DNA from: Isurus oxyrinchus
Lineage: Eukaryota
Reading direction: 5' to 3'
DNA length: 64,000 nt
Assembly: GCA_026770705.1 (NCBI GenBank)
Contig: JANJGN010000121.1
Location: forward strand, 620,001-684,000
The notes beneath the pieces are model-generated. The model made no database searches, was not told where the DNA came from, and saw only the letters and a program-made list of their open reading frames with translations. A program made the translations under genes and the position numbers. Shown piece by piece: positions 51,519-61,073 of the stretch (position 1 is its first letter; the number at the start of each line of letters is the position of its first letter).

Positions 51519-51658
51519 TCAAACAGTCTGTCGACTTCCTTTCACTGTTTGTCTCTCCCAGACACAGACTCCAGTGATAGTGATAACCACAGCCACAAGG
51601 AATATCACAGCTTGTATTCCCAGGATCAGGATCACGTGCAGAATCTCTCCTCCACTGT
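51519..51658 (-). CDS. Gene C: TM + short tail exon, Arg changed to Gln
   Basis: Same acceptor as gene B; xSGGEILHVILILGIQAVIFLVAVVITITGVCVWERQTVKGSRQTV-stop; CAA at 51614-51612. Confidence 0.85.
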
Positions 51659-52779
51659 CTAGAGAACACACAGAAAGAAATCATCACTGACTCTCCGCTT
51701 TCAATCTCTCACTCTGGCTGAACAATCAAGCTTCATATCACTGCAACATTTGCTGTAATATTGACCCATCCACTGGGATTCAATGTGGAATGAATGTTTT
51801 CATTGTAAACACTCTAAGAGTGGACAATCGGAACTTTCCCCTTAGCGTGGAACATTGGTGAGAATGGATCATTGTGCTGTTGGACTCCCTGTCCAATGTT
51901 TCTCTCCATCGCTGTGTACAGGATTGTGCTGTAGAAAATTCTGGAAACGTTTAGTGCAGGGTGGAAATCCATCTCGGACGCCTGTGTGATTCGGGCAGGA
52001 TCGAGATGGACTCCCCCACGGACTTACACCCCCCGCTTAATAAACAGTTCCAATCTTTACCCAGAGAGAGGGGAGAATGTGGAACTCGCTCCCACTGGGA
52101 GTGGTTGAGGTGAGTAGTAGCGAATTAGGAAGTGAAATTGCTTGAAAAGCTGGGAGATGCAAGGGTTAAGTGCAACCGTGCCACCACTGGTGGGAGAGTG
52201 TAACTACAGCATAACGTTTACATAGGCAATCCCCATTATAAACAAGGACATTGGACATCATGTGAAATATGTGCACTGGAAAGCTGAGAACATGATGTAA
52301 GCTTTTCACCAACAGGAATTCCCTTCCTAAACCTCTCCACCTCTCTCTTACTCTCAGATACTCAAACAAAATTTCACACAAAATCACGTAAGGATGAGTT
52401 GGGACAGGTGACTGGTCAAAGGGTTAGGTTTCAGGAAGCTTCTTAAAGGAGGATAGAAAGTTGGAGAGGCAGAGAGTATCTGTGAGTATCTCTGTGCATC
52501 TGAGTGTCTGTAGTAGACTTTGAAATTTCCATATTCTTCCATTAATATGAAAGGGAACACAAATCCCAGAATCCAGGTCAACTCTCCGGTGCAACACTGA
52601 AGGAGGTCAGGAAACCCACAGGGCAGTATGTGATAGTGTATTTGTTTGTGAGTGTGTCTTTGTGTGTGCTCATAGATGTGGGATTGTGTGTCTGCAGCTG
52701 TCTATTTAGGTCTGTATATTTATGTGTGTTTGTGTAGTGTTTGAATCTAAGAGAGATGTTGAAGTCTGTGTACACTCAC

Positions 52780-52932
52780 GTTCCACAGTGATGGTTATGA
52801 ACCCCTCCACTGCTCCATGTTCATTCTCTGCCACACACTGATAGTCTCCAGTGTCCATGGATGTAACATGAGGAATCACCAACCACAGCTCATTGTTGGA
52901 ACTTGTTCTGTTCATTGGGACATTGAGATGTC
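52780..52932 (-). pseudogene. Gene C: 3' half of a gene A-type C2 exon (pseudo-exon)
   Basis: Same breakpoint and in-frame TGA as in gene B; HLNVPMNRTSS...DTGDYQC...ITVE, gtgagt donor. Confidence 0.85.
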
Positions 52933-53253
52933 AGGGCAGGACTCAACAAGACAGATCGCAGGTTTACCACAGAAAATGAACAACAATTTATATTTAAAGG
53001 GAAGAGAGTGCTGATTGGGTGGCACGTGATCTCTGATTGGAGGAGAGTTGCCATGGAAAATAATGTGTGCGAGCTGTAAAGTTTAGACAGCTTGTCCCTT
53101 CATTCAGCAATAATCAATTAAAGATCAGTTAACTTCTATCGACTGTGAAGCACTTAGAGAGGCATGAGAATGTAGATACTGAGAACGGGCTGCACTGTCA
53201 GAGGGTCAGCGCTGAGGGAGTGCTGATGTAGAATGAAGGGTGTATGTAATTAC

Positions 53254-53550
53254 CTTGCACAGTTAGTACGAGGGTCCGCTCCGATGAAACAGATGGATAT
53301 CTCACTCTGCAGCTGAGAGTGTGTCTGTGGTGTTTGAGTGATGGGATCAGGGTCAGAACAGAAGTATAGGTCAGAGTGACACCATGCTGAGTTACAGTGT
53401 TTGAGACTGATCCAGGTACGTCAGTGGGAGTGTCCCAGGTTAAGACAGGTGCTGCTGTTCCATTGCACGTTGTGTTGAAGGTGCAGCTTACATCCACACG
53501 CTTTCCTGCAATAATTTCAGCAGGGAATATCGTGGGTTTATCTGTGAAAT
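53254..53550 (-). CDS. Gene C: Siglec domain-2-type C2 exon (proximal copy)
   Basis: tctgttag/gtaatt, 297 nt, open, near-identical to 36350-36646. Confidence 0.9.
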
Positions 53551-54865
53551 CTAACAGACAGAGAATGGATCCTTTTAGAGAAATATAACGTGAAGCATCA
53601 GTTCAAATAGAAACCACAGTCCCACAAGAGAAAGCACTTTTACAAGGATGATATCAGAACTGAGAGGTTACAATGATCATTAAAGAATTGTCTATTTTTA
53701 CACTTGTTGAATCTCTGTCACTCAGATTAATACACTCTCACTCAGTGACCCTTGATTTGACCAGACTGGGTGAGGGTGGAGGAACAGCTCACAGCTCGGG
53801 GAGAACAGACTCAGCATTTGGAAAAGGATATAGAGACACTGGAGAGGGTGGTAAAAAGCTTCACAAGGATGATCTCCGCAATGTGAGGCTTTACCTATCA
53901 GGAGAGGATGAACAGGCTGGGTCTCTGTTCTCTTGAACAGAGAAGGCTGAGGGGTGACATCATTTGATCTTTGAAGTAATGAAAGGTTTTGATCGAGTAG
54001 ACATGGAGAGAGTGTTTCCACTCATCACAATGAACAAAACCAGAGGCTGACAGTATAACATCCTCACTAATAAATCCAATGGGGAATTCAGGAGAAACTT
54101 CTTTACCCAGAGAGTGGGGAGAATGTGTACTTCAAGAATCACTTCATTGGCTGTGAATCGATTTAGGATCGTCCTGAGGTGGTGAAAGGCGCTATAGAAA
54201 TGTGAGACTTGGTTTTGTATTTTGAAAGCAGGTTTCCAAGGATGAGATGGGAACTGAGAGGTAACAACAATCAGCAGCAACTTTCCTATTTTCAAACTTG
54301 GTGGGGAATGTGTCACTGAGCTGAATACACTTTCACTCCCAGACCCTTGAATTGCCAACACTGGGGTGTGGGTGATGGAGCAGCCCACAGCTCATGGAAC
54401 CCTGGCTCATCATTCTCTCAGAGATCTGGGTCACTGATCCCATTGCTCTCTGTGGGAGCTTCCTGTGTACAAACTCACTGCCACGTTAGACAGTGACTAT
54501 ACTTCAAGAATTTCTTCATTGTCTGTGAAGTGATTTGAAGTTTGTTGAGGTGGTGAAAGGTGCTATAGGAATGCACGTCCTTCTTTTGTCAAATTGTTAG
54601 ACTTTTAAACAGGATTAGAGAGACTGATGGGAGTGGATAGCCTGATAACATTGATGGACACAGTCAATACATTTAATCATTGACATTAAAGTGATTATTA
54701 GAGGTTGCTTTAAGACTGAACTGGAAGCAATCACCAGGTTATTGAGAATCAGACAGTGTGTAAAAATAAACTGTGTTTTGTGTTAATATGTAAACGTCAC
54801 AGTTTGTGTTATTTCCCATTGAGTGTTGAATGTGAATTGTTGAGTAATTATAACACAGCACTTAC

Positions 54866-55230
54866 CAGAAACATGAAGCTGGGTTACAGGATAGTAGTTG
54901 TATCTTTTCCTGCCGTCAAATTCTATCCTGAAAAAATAAGGTCCTGCATCTTCCCGTCTGATGTTGTTTATAATCAGGGAACAGTCGCCATCTTTCAGGT
55001 CTCCAGACAGCCGGGTCCGATGGTGGAACTGTGGTAACTCGTGACTGTGATCCTTGGAGTGAAAGGCAATGGGAGAACCCAATTTGTGTGTTTCTTTATT
55101 ACACCAGATTCCATCTCGTGGTTTGTTTTCCAACTCTACTGGATAACTGTAACGAAATGGAATCTGTACACAGATTCCTGCGCTGTCACCTCTCGTGGAG
55201 TGTCACCTTTCCACTCTTGTGACAGTCCAG
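54866..55230 (-). pseudogene. Gene C: frameshifted V-set exon
   Basis: Splice sites intact but 365 nt (net -4 after VTAQE) giving an early TAG; B-strand Cys also TGT>TTT; YFFRIE retained downstream. Confidence 0.87.
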
Positions 55231-55404
55231 CTGGGGAGAGAAAACTCAATATTTATCCCTGGATCCTCATTGTTTAATGAATCTCTTTGGATCTTCTTTG
55301 TCTAAGGAATCTTTTTGGATCCTCATTGTCTAAGGGATTATTTCTGATCCAAACCCCATATTGTTGTATTGTTGATTCCGATGCAGCATTGTAGACTGAC
55401 TCGT

Positions 55405-58150
55405 CCCCCAAAAAACTGTGTATCTCAGCCTTGAATATAATTAATGACCCAGCCTCTGCAGCTCTCTGCGGTATAGAATTCCACACATTCACTACCCTCT
55501 GAGAGAAGAAACTCCTCATCTCTGTCTTAAATGGGTGACCCCTTACTCTGAGATTATGCCCTCTGGTCCTAGACTCTCCCACAAGGGGAAACAACCTCTC
55601 AGCATCTACCCTGTCAAGCACCCTAAGAATCTTATATGTTTCAATAAGGTCAGCTCTCATTCTCCTAAACTCCAATGAGTACAGGCCCATCCTACTCAAC
55701 CTCTCCTCATATGAAAATCCCTCCATTACTGGGATCAACCTAGTGAACCTTCTCTGGACTGCCTCCAATGCCAGTACATCTTTCCTTAGATAAGGGAACC
55801 AAAACTGTTCACAGTATTCTAGGTGTGGTCTAACTAGTGCCTTGTATAGTTTTAGCAAGGCTTCCCTATTTTTATACTCCATTCCCTTTGAAATAAAGGC
55901 CAACATTCCACCTGCCTTCCCTATTAACTGTTGAACTTGTATGTTATCTTTCTGATGACCCCCAAATTCCTCTATGCTTCAGCTTTCCAATGTCTTTCTC
56001 CATTGAAATAATATTCAGCTCCTCTATACATCCTGCCACAGTGCAGCAGCTCACATTTTCCCACATTATATTCCATCTGCCAAGTTGATGCCCACTCACT
56101 GAACCTGTCTATGTCCCTCTGTAGACTCTTCGTGTCACCCTCACCGCTTGCCTTCCCATCTATTTTTGTGTCATCCACAAACTTGGCGAAAGTACATTAA
56201 TTTCCCTCATCCAAGTCATTAATATATATTGTAAATAATTGTGGCCCCAGCACTGATCCCTGTGGCAATCCACTGGTTGCCATCCTGAAAATGCCCCCTT
56301 ATCCCAACTCTCTGACTTCTATTAGTTAGCCGATCCTCTATCCATGCTAATATACTGCCCTCATCACCATGGGCTCTTATCTTATTAAGGAGCCTTATAT
56401 GTGGTAATTTACTGAATGCCTTTTGGAAATCCAAATATATTACATCTACTGGTTCCCCTTTATCTATCCTGTTTGTTACCTCCTCAAAGAATTCTAATAA
56501 ATTTGTCATGCATGATTTCCCCTTCATGAAGCCTGTGTGTGATTAAATTATGCATTTCTAAATAGTCTGCTATTACATTCTTTATAATGGACTCTAACAT
56601 GTTCCCAATGACAGATGTTAAACTCACTGGCCTATAGTTACCTGTTTGTTGTCTCCCTCCCTTTTTGAATATGGGTGTTACTTTGGCAGTTTTCCAATCC
56701 TCTGGGACTTTCCCAGAATCTAAGGATTCTTGGAAGATTAAAACCAGTACATCCACTATCTCTGCATCTACTTCCTTTAATATCCTAAGATGCAACCTAT
56801 CAGGTCCAGGTGACTTATCAGCCTTGAGACCCATTAGTTTCGCTAGCGTTATTCTCTAGTGATAGTTACTGTATTTATTTCCTCTCCCCACCCCCCTTTT
56901 GCCCCTTGATTATTTAGTATTTTTGGAATGATATTAGTGTGTTCTACCGTGAAGACTGATGCAAAGTATTTCTTCAACTCCTCTGTCATTTCCTGGCTCC
57001 TCATTATTATTTCCCTAGCCTAGTTCTCTAAGGGGCCCATGTTCACTTTGGTCTCTCTCTCCCTTTTTATATATTTAAAGAAGCTTTTATTGTCCTTTTT
57101 TATATCAATTGCTAGTTTACCTAGTTTTCTCCCTTTTTCTTTATTTTTTGGTCATCTTCTGTTGGTTTTTAAATCTCTCTCAATCCTCTGGCTTACCACT
57201 AATCTTTGTCATGCTGCATGTTTTTTCATTCAATTTGACACACACCTTAACTTCTTTGGGTAACCCAGGTTGGTTTATTCTCTTCCTACAATCCTTCTTT
57301 CTCACTGGGATATATCGTTGTTGTGAGTCATGAGCTATTTTCTTAAAGATCTGCTATTGTTCATCCACCATCTTTTCTGCTAAACCCCTTTCCCAGTCCA
57401 CTCCAGACAACCCTGTCCTTATGCCTTTGTAATTACACTTATTTAAGTCCAGCACAGTTGTTTCCGACCCAGGTTTCTCAGTCTCAGAGGGAATGCTAAA
57501 TTGTACCAGGTTATGGTCACTGTTTTCCAGGGGATCATTTATTCTGAGATCATGTATTAAACCTGCCTCATTACACATTACCAGATCCAAAATAGCCTGA
57601 TCCCTGGTTAGATACACGACATATTATTCCAGGAAACTGTCTTGAATACACTCTATGAATTCTTGCTCATGGCTACCTCTGCCAATTGGGTTTTCCCAAT
57701 CTACTTGAAGATTAATGTACTGCCTTTTTTACATGCCCTCATTATCTCATGATTTATTCTCTGTCCTACAGCCGAGCTACAGTCATGGGGCTGATAGACC
57801 ACTCCCACCAGTTCCTTGTTCTCCTTGTTATTCATTACCTCGAGCCATATGGATTCTATACCCTCCGATCCAAGATCATTTCCTGCTTTCGTACTTATTC
57901 CATCTCCTATTAACAAAGCTACCCCACCACCTTTCCTTCCTGCCTGTCTTTTTGAAAAGTCACATACCCCTGAATATTTATTTCAAAGCTTTGATCTCCT
58001 TGTAACCATGTCTCCATAATGGCTATAAGATCAAACCCATTAACCTCTATTTGTGCCTTTAATTCATTTATGTTGTTCCAAATACTATGTGCATTTAAGC
58101 CAAGAGCCATTAATTTTGTCTTTTTATCATTTTCCTCCCTCTGACACTAT
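55405..58150 (-). mobile_element. Near full-length, decayed CR1 ORF2 (endonuclease + RT)
   Basis: LNAHSIWN..LIAIMETWL, ILDLVMCN, SDHN, KSPGPD, NYRPVSLTS, YLDFQKAF, DDTK, LEAVQRRFTRLIP. Confidence 0.92.
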
Positions 58151-58309
58151 TTGCTGATGTATTTTAATGTTTGGACGCTGTGTACCCACCTGTCACACAC
58201 TGGGTATCATCACCAAAACAGCTATCCTGCAATGCTGACAAATCCTTTTGCTTTGTAAGCCTACACATACCCTCTCCAGAACACTCTCCCCATCTATTTA
58301 GTATAAAGG

Positions 58310-59340
58310 CAATACTGAGGGAGAGCAGCACTGTGTCAAAGGGTCATTACTGAGGGACTGTTGCACAGTTGGAAGCTCTGGAACGAGGGACTGCAGCATT
58401 ATCTGAGTGTCAGTCGGCAGGGAGGTATTCAATGTTGGATTGTAAGGTCTCAGGGAGCGCTGCAGAGTTGGAGGTTCAGTAGTGAAGGAGTGCTGCACTG
58501 TCAGAGGGTCAGTACTGAGGGAGTGCTACACTGTCAGAGGGTCAGTACTGAGGGAGTGCTGCACTGTTGGAGGGTCAGTACTGTGGGAGTGCTGCAGTGA
58601 CGGAGGATCAGTACGGAGAGATTTCTAAACTGTTGGAGGATCAGTACTGAGGGAGTGCTGCACTGTCAGAGGGTCATTACTGAGGGAGTGCTGCACTGTC
58701 AGAGGGACAGTACTGAGGGAGTGCTGCACTGTCAGAGGCTCAGTACTGAGAGAGTGTTGCACTATCAGAGGGACAGGACTGAGGGAGTGCTGCACTGTCA
58801 GAGGGACAGGACTGAGGGAGTGCTGCACTGTTAGAGGGTCAGTACTGAGGGAGTTCTGCACTGTCAGAGGGTCAGAACTGAGGGAGTGCTGCCCTGTCAG
58901 AGTGTCAATACTGAGGGAGTGCTATACTGTCAGAGTGTCAGTACTGAGGGAGTGCTGCACTGTCAGAGGGTCAGTACTGAGGGAGTGCTGTACTGTCAGA
59001 GGCTCAGTACTGAGGGAGTGCTGCACTGTCGGAGGGTCAGTACTGAGGGAGTGCTGCCCTGTCAGTGGGTGAGTACTGAGGGAGTGCTGCACTGTCAGAG
59101 GGTCAGTACTGAGGGAGTGCTGCCCTGTCAGAGGGTCAGTACTGAGTGAGTGCTGCACTGTCAGGGGGTGAGTACTGAGGGAGTGCTGCACTGTCAGAGG
59201 GTCAGTACTGAGGGAGTGCTGCTCTGTCAGAGGGTCAGTACAGAGGGAGTGCCACACTGTCAGAGGGTCAGTACTGAGGGAGTGCTGCACTGTCAGAGGG
59301 TCAGTACTGAGTGAGTGCTGCACTGTCAGGGCGTGAGTAC
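58310..59340 (+). repeat. 33-bp minisatellite
   Basis: Roughly 30 tandem units. Confidence 0.9.
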
Positions 59341-59551
59341 ATTGCGATTCCTGCTCTGCTCTATCGGTCAATTGGCTGGAAATAAAAGCCGTTGTGTTAC
59401 TGTTCAGAAACTATTATTAATTGTGTTCTGGTCACTATTTTCCCTGAAAAACAGATTCTCTGATTGTCATCAGAATACCTTTCTATGGAATCCTGCTGTG
59501 CATTATCTACACTGTTCCAGCTAACGTAGAATGAAGGGTGTCCATACTTAC

Positions 59552-59848
59552 ATTGCACAGTTAGTACGAGGGTCCGCTCCGATGAAACAGATGGATATCT
59601 CACTCTGCAGCTGAGAGTGTGTCCGTGGTGTTTGAGTGATGGGATCAGGGTCAGAACAGAAGTATAGGTCAGAGTGACACCATGCTGAGTTACAGTGTTT
59701 GAGACTGATCCAGGTACGTCAGTGGGAGTGTCCCAGGTTAAGACAGGTGCTGCTGTTCCATTGCACGTTGTGTTGAAGGTGCAGCTTACATCCACAGGCT
59801 TTCCTGCAATAATTTCAGCAGGGAATATCGTGGGTTTATCTGTGAAAT
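59552..59848 (-). CDS. Gene C: Siglec domain-2-type C2 exon (distal copy)
   Basis: tctgttag/gtaagt, 297 nt, open; KPV instead of KRV. Confidence 0.9.
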
Positions 59849-60707
59849 CTAACAGACAGAGAATGGATCCTTTTAGAGAAATATAACGTGAAGCATCAGT
59901 TCAAATAGAAACCACAGTCCCACAAGAGAAAGCACTTTTACAAGGATGATATCAGAACTGAGAGGTTACAATGATCAGGAAAGATTTTCTTGCTCTTTGG
60001 CAGTAGTGTTTCTGTCTCTCAGCTTAATACACGTTCACTCCGAGACATGTGAATTGAGAACACTGGATGAGAGAAGAGGCTCAGACCAGAGATTGGAGTT
60101 AAAAGCAGAATACTGCGGATGCTGGAAATCTGAAACAAAAACAAAAATTGCTGGAAAGACTCAGCAGGTCTGACAGTATCAGTGGAGAGGAAGACAGGGT
60201 TAACGTTTTGAGTCCGTATGTCTCTTCATCAGACCAGAGGTTTGAGTTCACTGGCTTCTCATTTCCTCAGTGATCTGGGTGATTTATCACCTTGTGGTTT
60301 GTTGGATCTTGCTGTGCACAAACTGCCTGCTGTGTTTTACATCTGTGACTACAATTCAGGAATAATGTCATTGGCTGTGAAGGGATTTGGATCCTCCTGA
60401 GGTGGTAAATTGCGCTGCAGAAATGCACATCTTTCTTTTATCGATACGTCAGACTTTTAAACAGGACAGGAGAGATTGATGGGAGTGGATAACCTGATAA
60501 TACAGTTAATGCTTTTCATCATTGATATTAAAGTGAGTATTAGAGGTTGCTTTAGAACTGAACTGGAAGCTATCACCAGGTTATTGAGAATCAGACAGTG
60601 TGTTATAATAAGCTGTGTTTTGTGTTAATATGTAAACGTCACAGTTTGTGTTATTTCCTATTGAGAGTTGAAAGTGAATTGTTGAGTAATTATAACAAAG
60701 CACTTAC

Positions 60708-61073
60708 CAGAAACGTGAAGCTGGGTTACAGGATAGTAGCTGTATTTATTTCTGCTGTCAAATTCTATTCTGAAAAAATAAGGTCCTGCATCTTCCCGTC
60801 TGATGTTGTTTATAATCAGGGAACAGTCACCATCTTTCAGGTCTCCAGACAGCCGGGTCCGATGGTGGAACCGTGGTAACTCGTGACTGTGATCCTTGGA
60901 GTGAAAGGTTATAGACGATGTTCTCCATTCCTCATTATTAAACCAGATTCCAACTCGTGGTTGCTTTTCCAAATGTGATGGATAACTGTAATGACATGGA
61001 ATCTGTGTACACGAACCTTCCTGCGCTGTCACCTGTTGTGGAGTGTCACCTTTCCACTCTTGTGACAGTCCAA
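60708..61073 (-). CDS. Gene C: Siglec V-set exon, essential Arg present
   Basis: ctctccacag/gtaagt, 366 nt, open; VTAQEGSCTQIPC...DAGPYFFRIEFDSRNKYSYY. Leader expected just beyond 64000 by paralogy with gene B. Confidence 0.92.

Noticed and set aside
37460-61073. Rearranging antigen-receptor V segments (IgNAR/TCR/Ig)
   Set aside because: V exons include the G strand and end in splice donors, lack the F-strand YYC and show no recombination signal sequences; the Cys pattern is Siglec-type.
1627-61073. Assigning orthology symbols (CD22, MAG, SIGLEC1, SIGLEC14, SIGLEC15)
   Set aside because: Family membership is clear from motifs, but orthology needs phylogeny and synteny that I cannot run.
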